Assembly (NCBI GenBank): GCA_934246625.1
Contig: CAKQHZ010000002.1
Coordinates: forward strand, 1-32,000
Direction of reading: 5' to 3'
Source of the DNA: an uncultured Alphaproteobacteria bacterium
GTDB lineage: Bacteria; Pseudomonadota; Alphaproteobacteria; Rs-D84; CACZYB01
DNA: 32,000 bases
Numbering within the stretch: the stretch's first letter is position 1; each line of letters starts with the position of its first letter. Made by a program: the position numbers and the translations under genes. Below the pieces are notes generated by a model, which did no database searches, was not told the origin of the DNA, and saw only the letters and a program-made list of their open reading frames with translations. This document shows positions 7,014 through 15,099 of this stretch, one piece after another.

Positions 7014-7466
7014 ATGAAAATAAATACTATACTTGCAATCGGAACATTACTTTATCCACAAATTGCAAAAGCAGACTTATATAAATGTGAACTTTGCCCT
7101 GCTGGAACCTACAGCGATGGTAAAAGTCTTGAATGTTCAAAATGTCCAGTTGGAACCTATTCAAACAAAAGTGGTGTATCATCTTGCACCCCTTGCACAA
7201 ACTTTCGTCCTGGTTTTTCTCACTATACAACAAGTGGTGGCACAAAAAATGAATGTGCTTGGAGTTGTAATGCTGGCCTTATTTACACATCTAGCAATGC
7301 TGGGGGTTGTTGCCATGAACCTGCTACCCCAAACCATAACTCCTCATCACCAAAAACATGTAAAAGAGAAGCCATTTGCAGAAGTTATTCTGGAACATTT
7401 TTATGGTCAATTGGAGGCGGTGCCTGCACTCCTCTTGGTTCAAAAAAATGTATTGAATACAACTAA
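7014..7466 (+). CDS. secreted cysteine-rich protein with CxxCPxGTYS repeats, paralog 3
   Basis: I chose the start at ATG 7014 (AAGGAGA Shine-Dalgarno 6 nt upstream), not 6912. Signal peptide MKINTILAIGTLLYPQIAKA|D. Contains CELCPAGTYS, CSKCPVGTYS and AGGCC (shared with paralog 1). 14 Cys by my count. Confidence 0.8.
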   Translation: MKINTILAIGTLLYPQIAKADLYKCELCPAGTYSDGKSLECSKCPVGTYSNKSGVSSCTPCTNFRPGFSHYTTSGGTKNECAWSCNAGLIYTSSNAGGCCHEPATPNHNSSSPKTCKREAICRSYSGTFLWSIGGGACTPLGSKKCIEYN

Positions 7467-7499
7467 ATACTCCCCTCCTTTGAGGGGAATTTTTTATAC

Positions 7500-7528
7500 T
7501 TGCAAAAAGAAGCGAATCGTGATAATAT
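7500..7528 (+). promoter_or_regulatory. sigma70-like promoter inside repeat copy 2
   Basis: TTGCAA (7500-7505), 17-nt spacer, TAATAT (7523-7528), identical to copy 1. Confidence 0.6.
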
Positions 7529-7534
7529 ATAAAA

Positions 7535-7605
7535 CATAGACATTGAGAATAAGAAACAAACAACTCTTTGAAAGGCTGATTACCTTTAAAGGGATTTTTT
7601 ATTTT
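7535..7605 (+). ncRNA. candidate ~70-nt sRNA, copy 2
   Basis: Same promoter, A-rich body and terminator hairpin as copy 1. The next gene downstream is convergent, so this promoter has no mRNA to drive. The one a/t difference (7544) lies in the single-stranded part. Confidence 0.5.
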
Positions 7606-7649
7606 CAATCCTTACAAATTAAAAAACTCCCCATAAAGAGGAGTTTATT

Positions 7650-8195
7650 TTACTTTTTCAATTTAATATATGGTCCAACAGTAAAAATCTTATTTGGGTC
7701 ATCAAATTTTAATTCCACAAAGTATTTTTTTGTATCAATATCCTTTCCAACAAAAAATTCAACTTCAGGAAGCTCTTTTACCCCCTCACCTTCCTTTACA
7801 TTAAATGAAAGAAGATAAGGCATATTTTTTTCACTATCCCAACCATCAACGAACCAAATTAGTTTATTTGCATTTCTATTTATAACATATCCACCATTGC
7901 TAAACACTTCATACTTTACCATATAATAAGTTCCAGCATCTAACTTTTTAACATCTGGTCTGAATTTTGAAGGAGGCATATTAAATATAGCTTTAAAAGT
8001 TCCCATTCCAGCATGAAAGATAGAAGAATCATCTTCACTAAAACCTTTTTTTCTCCAATATGTTTTTACATTATATCCATTTTCATCTTTAAATCTAAAG
8101 GCAACCTCTGTTGGATTAGATGATTTTAATTTTGGTTGACTTAACGCACACGCAGTCAAAAATACAAAAACAAATAATGTTAAAATTTTTTTCAT
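7650..8195 (-). CDS. hypothetical lipoprotein
   Basis: I chose the start at the MKKILTLFVFVFLTAC lipobox methionine (AAGGA Shine-Dalgarno upstream), not the ORF-track start at 8237. 181 aa. No family recognised. Confidence 0.6.
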   Translation of the reverse strand: MKKILTLFVFVFLTACALSQPKLKSSNPTEVAFRFKDENGYNVKTYWRKKGFSEDDSSIFHAGMGTFKAIFNMPPSKFRPDVKKLDAGTYYMVKYEVFSNGGYVINRNANKLIWFVDGWDSEKNMPYLLSFNVKEGEGVKELPEVEFFVGKDIDTKKYFVELKFDDPNKIFTVGPYIKLKK

Positions 8196-8276
8196 AATAA
8201 ATCCTTTCGTTTTTAACAAAACTATTGTCGCAAACAAAATAAAATAGTCAATAAAAAAGATTATTTTACTATAATT

Positions 8277-9566
8277 TTAAGAATTTTTCTTTCGTCTTAG
8301 GTTTTCCCAATAATCAAGACGCTTTTTAATTTCACGTTCAAACCCACGTTCCACAGGTGTATAAAACTTTTGTCGTTTCATACTTTCTGGGAAATAATTT
8401 TGCCCTGAAAATCCCTCTTTTGTATCTGGGTCATAAATATATCCCTTTCCAAAACCTTGCTTTTCCATCAATTTTGTTGGTGCATTGATTATATGCATAG
8501 GAGGATTAAGGGAACCCGTAGATTTTGCCACCGCAACCGCATTATTCCAAGCAACTTCACTTGCATTTGATTTTGGTGCAGTCGCAAGATATATAACCAA
8601 AGACGCAACCGCCAAATCACCCTCAGGAGAACCCAATCTTTCGTATGCTTGCCAAGCATTTATTGCATAAGGCAAAGCGTGAGGGTCCGCAATTCCAACA
8701 TCTTCCACCGCAAAACGAGTAAGTCTTCGCAAAATATACTTCACATCTTCACCACCTGTAATCATTCTTGCAAGCCAATAAAGCCCCGCATCAACATCAC
8801 TACCACGAAGTGATTTATGAAGTGCGGAAATAAGTGAATAGTGTGCATCTCCCATTTTATCATAATTAGGAAGTCGTGTTTGAATAACCTTTGGCAAAGT
8901 CGCCTCATCAATAATTTTACCATTTGCAAAATCATAAATCATTTCAATCATATTAAGCAAATAGCGACCATCACCATCAGAAATTGCCACCAAATTTTTT
9001 CTTGCTTGCTCGGTCAAGGGAAGAGCCTGCTCCATCTCGGACTCTGCACGGGAAATAAGTTTTTCCAATGCTTCCTCATTAAGGCGTTTTAAAATAATCA
9101 CCTGACATCGTGAAATCAAAGCAGAATTAAGCTCAAACGATGGATTTTCTGTTGTCGCACCAATAAGTGTAATTGTCCCATCTTCCACATAAGGAAGGAA
9201 ACTATCTTGTTGAGCCTTATTAAAACGATGAATTTCATCAACAAAAAGTATAGTTCTTTTACCAACATTACGCAAACTTACCGCATCGGCAAAAACTTTT
9301 TTCAAATCGGCAACCCCAGAAAAAACCGCAGACAACATAACAAACTCTGCATCAGCATACTTTGCAACCAATTTTGCAATAGTTGTTTTACCACAACCAG
9401 GAGGTCCCCATAAAATCATAGACTTTATATTACCACTTTTAAGCTGATTAGTAATAATTCCATCATCACCCAAAATATGTTCCTGACCAACGACATCAGC
9501 AAGACTATCAGCACGAAGTCGTTCAGCAAGCGGAGTCCCAATTTTTGTTTCAAAAAGTTCGTTCAT
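8277..9566 (-). CDS. rarA: replication-associated recombination protein A (AAA+ ATPase, MgsA/RarA)
   Basis: 429 aa. Walker A GPPGCGKTT, Walker B FVDEIHRFNK, and C-terminal MgsA blocks (HYSLISALHKSLRGSD, YLARM). Confidence 0.92.
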   Translation of the reverse strand: MNELFETKIGTPLAERLRADSLADVVGQEHILGDDGIITNQLKSGNIKSMILWGPPGCGKTTIAKLVAKYADAEFVMLSAVFSGVADLKKVFADAVSLRNVGKRTILFVDEIHRFNKAQQDSFLPYVEDGTITLIGATTENPSFELNSALISRCQVIILKRLNEEALEKLISRAESEMEQALPLTEQARKNLVAISDGDGRYLLNMIEMIYDFANGKIIDEATLPKVIQTRLPNYDKMGDAHYSLISALHKSLRGSDVDAGLYWLARMITGGEDVKYILRRLTRFAVEDVGIADPHALPYAINAWQAYERLGSPEGDLAVASLVIYLATAPKSNASEVAWNNAVAVAKSTGSLNPPMHIINAPTKLMEKQGFGKGYIYDPDTKEGFSGQNYFPESMKRQKFYTPVERGFEREIKKRLDYWENLRRKKNS

Positions 9567-9734
9567 AATAAATCCTTAATAAAAAAGGATTATAAACTAA
9601 AAATAAATAATTGCAAGCCCTACTTGTTCATATTTTGTTTTGGTCTATTTGTGAAATATTTTGAAATAATTCTTGTATTGAGCTTTTTTCAAAGAAATTG
9701 TAAAATAAAAACAAATAAATTTAAGGATATAAAT

Positions 9735-10571
9735 ATGAGTTTTGAAAACGTTGTAATTCACCCTACATCAATTGTTGATGAAAATGCTCAAATCGGTGAA
9801 GGCACAATCATTGGTCCATGGTGTATGATTGGTCCAAATGTTAAAATCGGTAAAAATAATAAACTAAAATCAAATGTTATTATCGAAGGAAAAACAACTA
9901 TAGGTGATAATAACCTTATCCATCAATTCGTTGTTATCGGAAATAAATCACACGATTTAAAATTTACAGAAGAACAGGCAACTACAACAACTATTGGAAA
10001 TAATTGTGATATTCGCGAATTTACAAATATTCATGCTGGAACCCCAAACGGACCTCGTGGAACATGGATTGGAAATCACGTTTTTTTAATGAGCCATACT
10101 CACATAGGACACGATTGCGAAGTTCACGATTACGCTCTTCTTTCACAAGCAACAACCTTGGGCGGTGAAGTTTATATTTACACACACGCAATTATTGGTG
10201 GAAAAACTGCAATTCATCAGTTCTGTAGTATTGGTCAATACGCAATCCTTGGTGGTTGTTCAAAAATTACACAAGATGTAATACCTTTTTCAATGAGTGA
10301 TGGAAATCCTCAAAGCCTTGACGGACTAAACCTTGTTGGACTTAAACGAAACAACTTTTCAACCGAAGATATACGAACAATAAAGGAAATTTACAAGGAT
10401 TTATTTATGTCTGACGAACTTGTATGGACTGAAAGAGTTCAAACAGCAAAAAAAGTTTATGCAAACAGCCCTATTGCAATGCAAATAATCGACTTTATTG
10501 AAAATAAATCTCGCCGTATTATTTGTAAGCCAAGACAAAGACATAATACTGAAAGCTCATCTGAAAACTAA
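9735..10571 (+). CDS. lpxA: acyl-ACP--UDP-N-acetylglucosamine O-acyltransferase
   Basis: Start taken at MSFENVVIHPTSIVD. Hexapeptide repeats throughout, with the HIGHDC and GLNLVGLKR blocks typical of LpxA. The 86-aa upstream extension in the ORF track is low-complexity and overlaps rarA. Confidence 0.9.
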   Translation: MSFENVVIHPTSIVDENAQIGEGTIIGPWCMIGPNVKIGKNNKLKSNVIIEGKTTIGDNNLIHQFVVIGNKSHDLKFTEEQATTTTIGNNCDIREFTNIHAGTPNGPRGTWIGNHVFLMSHTHIGHDCEVHDYALLSQATTLGGEVYIYTHAIIGGKTAIHQFCSIGQYAILGGCSKITQDVIPFSMSDGNPQSLDGLNLVGLKRNNFSTEDIRTIKEIYKDLFMSDELVWTERVQTAKKVYANSPIAMQIIDFIENKSRRIICKPRQRHNTESSSEN

Positions 10572-11377
10572 TGAAAAAATTAGGTCTTATCGCAGGAGAT
10601 AAAAACTTACCATTTGAAATAACAAAATGGGCAAAAAATAATAATGTCGAACTTTTCGTTGCTGGAATAAAGGAATGTGTTAACCCAAAACTTAAAACCT
10701 TTATTAACAAAGCAAACTATATTGAACCTCATCTTTCCCAATTATCAAAGGTTATTAAATTTTTCAAAAAAAACAATGTTGATACTATCACTCTTGCAGG
10801 CGGGGTAAATAATTCATCAATAAAAATCACATTTGATGTAATAAAACTTTTTACAAAACTTTTGTTTATAAAAAATAAATATGATGGCATTTTACGACTT
10901 GTAATAAAGGAATTTGAAAAAAATAAAATAAAGGTCATTGGTATTGATGAAATCCTAACCCAAAATGTTATTACAAAGGGTATTCATACAACAACAAAGC
11001 CAACAAAATCTGAACTTAATCAAATAAAATCTAACTGGCAAAATGCAATCAATTTTGCATCAAACGATTTGGGACAATCAATAATAATTTTTAATGACAA
11101 AGTCATTGCAACCGAAAGTTTCAAGGGAACTGATGATTTAATTGCACGTGCAACAAAAATAAAAAATGGTAAAAAGGGAGGTATCCTTTTAAAGGTTCTT
11201 AAACCTCACCAAGAACGCCGTGCCGATTTACCTGTCATTGGTGAAAAAACAATTCAAAACCTTATCACAGGGCAATTTTCAGGCATCGCTATTGATGCAA
11301 ACAATGCTATCTTTGAAGACAAAAATAAGGTTTTATCACTTGCAAATAAAAATAATATATTTATAATAGCTTTATAA
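10571..11377 (+). CDS. lpxI: LpxI-family (DUF1009) UDP-2,3-diacylglucosamine diphosphatase
   Basis: 268 aa. TAATG 1-nt overlap with lpxA. Contains MKKLGLIAGDKNLP, TESFKGTDDLIAR and RRADLPVIG. lpxA-lpxI adjacency is typical of alphaproteobacteria. Confidence 0.8.
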   Translation: MKKLGLIAGDKNLPFEITKWAKNNNVELFVAGIKECVNPKLKTFINKANYIEPHLSQLSKVIKFFKKNNVDTITLAGGVNNSSIKITFDVIKLFTKLLFIKNKYDGILRLVIKEFEKNKIKVIGIDEILTQNVITKGIHTTTKPTKSELNQIKSNWQNAINFASNDLGQSIIIFNDKVIATESFKGTDDLIARATKIKNGKKGGILLKVLKPHQERRADLPVIGEKTIQNLITGQFSGIAIDANNAIFEDKNKVLSLANKNNIFIIAL

Positions 11378-11380
11378 TTT

Positions 11381-11857
11381 ATGACAAAAAACTATAAAAT
11401 GACAACTATTATTCACAGATATTTAGAAAACCTAACTCCACAACAAAAAAATCAAATCAACATAATTTGCGTAAATGAATGCTGGCGTGAAATTTTGTAT
11501 CCTTGCCGTGCAAAGGGCAACAACGAAACAAAAATATTACTAACTATAGCTATAAACAAGGCAAATAACATTGTTGGTTTTGCAAAAACAATTACGATAA
11601 ACAACTCTGCACTAATTACCGATATCCTTGTATCAAAAAAATACAGAAATCAAAACATAGGACAACAACTTATCCATAACATAGAAAACCTTTTGATAAC
11701 CTATTCCATATCAAAAATGATGATATATGCAACAAACCCAACTTGCCAACATATAATGGAAAAAAATGATTTCAAATTCAAAGGTGAAATTCGACTTCCT
11801 TTTTATAAGGATAAAAAGAAATTTTATGAAGGTTATAATATGCAAAAAGAATATTAA
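11381..11857 (+). CDS. GNAT-family N-acetyltransferase
   Basis: 158 aa. Acetyl-CoA motif A-like VSKKYRNQNIGQQLIHNIENL. Starts 3 nt after the lpxI stop. Confidence 0.7.
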   Translation: MTKNYKMTTIIHRYLENLTPQQKNQINIICVNECWREILYPCRAKGNNETKILLTIAINKANNIVGFAKTITINNSALITDILVSKKYRNQNIGQQLIHNIENLLITYSISKMMIYATNPTCQHIMEKNDFKFKGEIRLPFYKDKKKFYEGYNMQKEY

Positions 11858-11862
11858 AAAAA

Positions 11863-11882
11863 ATCCTCTTAAAAAAGAGGAT
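11863..11882. terminator. bidirectional terminator between the GNAT gene and rpmE
   Basis: Stem ATCCTCTT / AAGAGGAT with a 4-nt loop, flanked by an A-run and a T-run. Confidence 0.7.
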
Positions 11883-11908
11883 TTTAATTTTTTCTAATCC
11901 AAAATAAT

Positions 11909-12136
11909 TTATGCTTTCTTTGTTGTAAATCCAGCAAATTTTTTCTTAAATTTATCAGCAGCACCACCGCCAATATCTTTAACATTTCTTTTACCTGTCC
12001 AAGCAGGATGTGTATTTGGATCAATATCCAACTTTAAAGGTTCTTTTCTTTCCAAAGTTGAACGCATTTTAACAACTTCACCAGTTGTAAGAATAACATC
12101 ATATTCGTTATATTTTGGATGAATTCCTGATTTCAT
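11909..12136 (-). CDS. rpmE: 50S ribosomal protein L31
   Basis: 75 aa. MKSGIHPKY... and HPAWTG are L31 signatures. Confidence 0.92.
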   Translation of the reverse strand: MKSGIHPKYNEYDVILTTGEVVKMRSTLERKEPLKLDIDPNTHPAWTGKRNVKDIGGGAADKFKKKFAGFTTKKA

Positions 12137-12226
12137 AATAAATTCCTTTTATTTTTTTGACATTTAATGTGAAGTATTATATTATATAAAAATAATATTT
12201 CAAGTAAAAAATGAGTTTTTTAAGAA

Positions 12227-12793
12227 ATGAGAACAATTTTTGTAATATCAGGTCCAACAAATGCAGGTAAAACAACTGTTGTCAACAGATTGTTAAACGA
12301 TAATCTTGGGCTTACTCGCATAATAACTTCAACATCTCGCCCTCCTCGTCCAAATGAAAAGGAAGGTATTGATTATCATTTCTTTTCAAAAGAGGTTTTT
12401 GAACAAAAAATCCAAAATAACGAATTTTTCGAATGGGCAAATGTCTATAATGATTACAAGGGTATTCTTAAAACATCAATTTATGACGATATTCCAAAGG
12501 ACAAAAACATTATAATCACCCTTGATATTCAAGGTTATATGAATATAAAAAGAAATATTGATAAAAATATATATAGGATTATAGGAATTTTCATTTATCC
12601 CACATCAATGGAGGAATTAAAACGTCGTATGGAAAAACGCGGTGTAAATATCACTGACGAAGAAATTCGCCTTACCATTGCGAAACAAGAAATGGAAGAA
12701 AGATTCCTTTACGAATATTGTGTTTTAAATGACGATTTGGAACTTTGTATAAAACAGGTTGAAAATATCATTACCGAAAATTCACTTATCTAA
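12227..12793 (+). CDS. gmk: guanylate kinase
   Basis: 188 aa. P-loop GPTNAGKTT and TSRPPRPNEKEGIDYHF. Confidence 0.9.
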   Translation: MRTIFVISGPTNAGKTTVVNRLLNDNLGLTRIITSTSRPPRPNEKEGIDYHFFSKEVFEQKIQNNEFFEWANVYNDYKGILKTSIYDDIPKDKNIIITLDIQGYMNIKRNIDKNIYRIIGIFIYPTSMEELKRRMEKRGVNITDEEIRLTIAKQEMEERFLYEYCVLNDDLELCIKQVENIITENSLI

Positions 12794-12794
12794 C

Positions 12795-13709
12795 CTATGG
12801 TCGTTCCAACTTTATATTTGATTTTTTATTGGTCATAAAAATCCCCAAAAGAACAAGTATTCCACCATAAATTTGTGCAGGATAAATATTTTCTCCTAAT
12901 AAGAAATAAGCCTCGACCGAGCTAAAAACTGGCATCAAATAATAAATCATACTTGTTTTAAGAGAACCAATTTTTTCCAATGATATATTCCAAAACAAAT
13001 AAGAAAGCACAGAATTAAACAACCCCATACCAACCAAAACCCACACTTCCAAACTATCCCAATGTAAAATCGGATTTATATGATTATCATAAACAAAAAA
13101 TGGAAATATTATAATAACCGCTAAAAATATAGTAAATGAAAGTGTTGTTATTTGAGATAAATCCTTCGGCTTAAATTGTGAAAGCACACTATAAATCGCA
13201 AAAAACAAAGCAAGACACGCCATATACAAATCACCTATTTGAAAGGACAAATCACCCACAGAAATAAATTTTCCATGAAGGATTATTATAATCACCCCAA
13301 CAAAGGAAACAAAAATCCCCCAAAATTGAAATTTTGAAACATAAGTATGTAAAAAGATTCGAGAAAGAATCACAATAAACACAGGCCCCATCACACCAAT
13401 CAAACTCATTTCAACGGCACTTACTGTTTGACCAGCAATATATGAAAAAGTATTCATCAAAACAATACCTGTAAAACTTAACCAAAAAAGAATTTTAAAA
13501 TTTTGTAAAATCTTATCCCAATTTTTAAATACACTTTTAAGGACAAACGGCATTAAAAAAATCGTTGCAAAAAACCATCTGTAAAATGCAATTTGCCAGG
13601 GTGTAAAAACATCTGCAAAATATCTTGCAACAATAACATTAAAACTCCAAAACAAAACCGCAAGAACGGCATAAACATAACCTATAATTGTATTTTTTAT
13701 ATTACTCAT
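12795..13709 (-). CDS. EamA/DMT-family transporter
   Basis: About 10 predicted TM helices with a duplicated EamA-like architecture. ATG 13709 is preferred (AGGTGG Shine-Dalgarno 5 nt upstream) over GTG 13718. It overlaps the upstream outer-membrane-factor gene by 8 nt. Confidence 0.8.
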   Translation of the reverse strand: MSNIKNTIIGYVYAVLAVLFWSFNVIVARYFADVFTPWQIAFYRWFFATIFLMPFVLKSVFKNWDKILQNFKILFWLSFTGIVLMNTFSYIAGQTVSAVEMSLIGVMGPVFIVILSRIFLHTYVSKFQFWGIFVSFVGVIIIILHGKFISVGDLSFQIGDLYMACLALFFAIYSVLSQFKPKDLSQITTLSFTIFLAVIIIFPFFVYDNHINPILHWDSLEVWVLVGMGLFNSVLSYLFWNISLEKIGSLKTSMIYYLMPVFSSVEAYFLLGENIYPAQIYGGILVLLGIFMTNKKSNIKLERP

Positions 13710-15099
13710 ATTTACCACCTATTGCCTTATAAAAAGTAATAATATTTTTATATAAATTTGCATTTGAATTTACCATATTTGTTTGTGCCTCAAGCCTGTT
13801 TTGTTCAGCAGTCAACACATCAGTATATTCAACCAAACCACTTAAATATTTTTTCCACATTAAATAAGAAACCTCACTCATTTTTTGATATGCTAACGAA
13901 GCAGACTTATTGACCTTATACTCTTTATCTATTGCAACAATCGCATTTCGCAATTCTGCCACAGCATTAAGCAAAGTTTGTTCATAATTAACTTCTGCCT
14001 CATCACGTTTTAATTTTTGCACTTCTATATTGTTTCGAAGTTGTGAAAAATGGAACAATGGCAAAACCATTTTTGGGACCAAAGAATGCCCTACACTATC
14101 CCTTTCAATTAAATTAGAAAACTTAAGAGATTGAAATCCCAAAAATCCAGACAAAGAAAACGAAGGATAAACATTTGCCACTGCGACACCAATTTCAGCA
14201 TTTTGCGAAATTAAATTTTCCTCTGCCATACGGACATCTGGTCTGCTTCGAATAATTGACACAGGAAGTCTGTAAAGTTTTTCAACATCATATTCAAAAA
14301 CCCTACTTACCAAATTTTTATTTTCACTTTGCAAAAATTCATCTAAACTTTGCGGTAATTTTCCCAACAACACAGCCAAAGCATTTGCATACATTTCTCG
14401 TTGATATTCAAGCATTGGCACTTGCATTTTCATATTTTCAAGCAAATATTTTGATTGTGAAAGAGTCATTTCATCAACCAAATCAGCATTAAATCGTTCC
14501 GAAATAATATTATAAACATCTTCTTGAAGAAGTATATTTTCACGCATATTTTTAAGATTTTGTTCAGCCATACGCAAATTTATATAATTTGTTGCAATAT
14601 CAGAAATCAATGACACATTAACGTTTTTAAGGTTTTCAACCATAGCTCTATATTGAGCCTTTGAAGATTCAGCCTCTCGTCGTGTTTTACCAAAAATATC
14701 AATTTCCCAAGCCATATCTACACCAATCTGATAATAATCATTTTTAATCAAAGTTTCCATATTATCGGATTCGTTCACATAGTTATATTTTGCACTTATA
14801 TCAAAAGTTGGAAACCCATTTTTCACATCAATTTTTAAAACTTCTCTTGCTTGTCTAAGTTTCAAAATTGCCATTTTCAAATTCGGACTTGATATTTCTG
14901 CATCTTTAATAAGTTGATTTAAAACATCATCACCAAAATCCACAATCATAAAATTTTTTTGATTTTGAAATGGTGTTTGCAAATTCAATGACTTTGAAAT
15001 TTCATCATCTGAAAATAACTTTTCTTGTTTATAATCTGGTCCCACAGAACACGCCATCATCAATAAAGAAGTTAAAAAAGCAAGTTTTGAATATTTCAT
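13702..15099 (-). CDS. RND efflux outer-membrane factor lipoprotein (NodT/TolC family)
   Basis: 465 aa. Lipobox LMMAC followed by SVGPDY, then two OEP-type repeats. ATGA overlap with the RND pump gene. Confidence 0.88.
   Translation of the reverse strand: MKYSKLAFLTSLLMMACSVGPDYKQEKLFSDDEISKSLNLQTPFQNQKNFMIVDFGDDVLNQLIKDAEISSPNLKMAILKLRQAREVLKIDVKNGFPTFDISAKYNYVNESDNMETLIKNDYYQIGVDMAWEIDIFGKTRREAESSKAQYRAMVENLKNVNVSLISDIATNYINLRMAEQNLKNMRENILLQEDVYNIISERFNADLVDEMTLSQSKYLLENMKMQVPMLEYQREMYANALAVLLGKLPQSLDEFLQSENKNLVSRVFEYDVEKLYRLPVSIIRSRPDVRMAEENLISQNAEIGVAVANVYPSFSLSGFLGFQSLKFSNLIERDSVGHSLVPKMVLPLFHFSQLRNNIEVQKLKRDEAEVNYEQTLLNAVAELRNAIVAIDKEYKVNKSASLAYQKMSEVSYLMWKKYLSGLVEYTDVLTAEQNRLEAQTNMVNSNANLYKNIITFYKAIGGKYE

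Larger units (their letters stand above)
7471..7605 (+). repeat. 135-bp direct repeat, copy 2 (partner at 785..919)
   Basis: One mismatch to copy 1. It begins 5 nt after the stop codon of the 7014..7466 gene. Confidence 0.95.

Noticed and set aside
7033-7539. 168-aa ORF overlapping paralog 3 in another frame and running into the repeat, and likewise 598..846 over paralog 1
   Set aside because: These are alternative-frame ORFs within better-supported genes. They cross a terminator and a promoter and show no recognisable protein features.
9567-9592. 7-bp hairpin (AATCCTT/AAGGATT) sequestering the rarA Shine-Dalgarno as a possible RNA thermometer
   Set aside because: The stem is short and AU-rich. 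The same AAGGAnTTATTATG start context occurs at other genes (7650..8195, rpmE) without a partner arm, so it is probably incidental.
9477-9734. 86-codon N-terminal extension of the lpxA ORF in the ORF track
   Set aside because: It overlaps the 5' end of rarA on the other strand. It is low-complexity AT-driven sequence and includes the lpxA promoter region. The LpxA homology starts at the Met at 9735.
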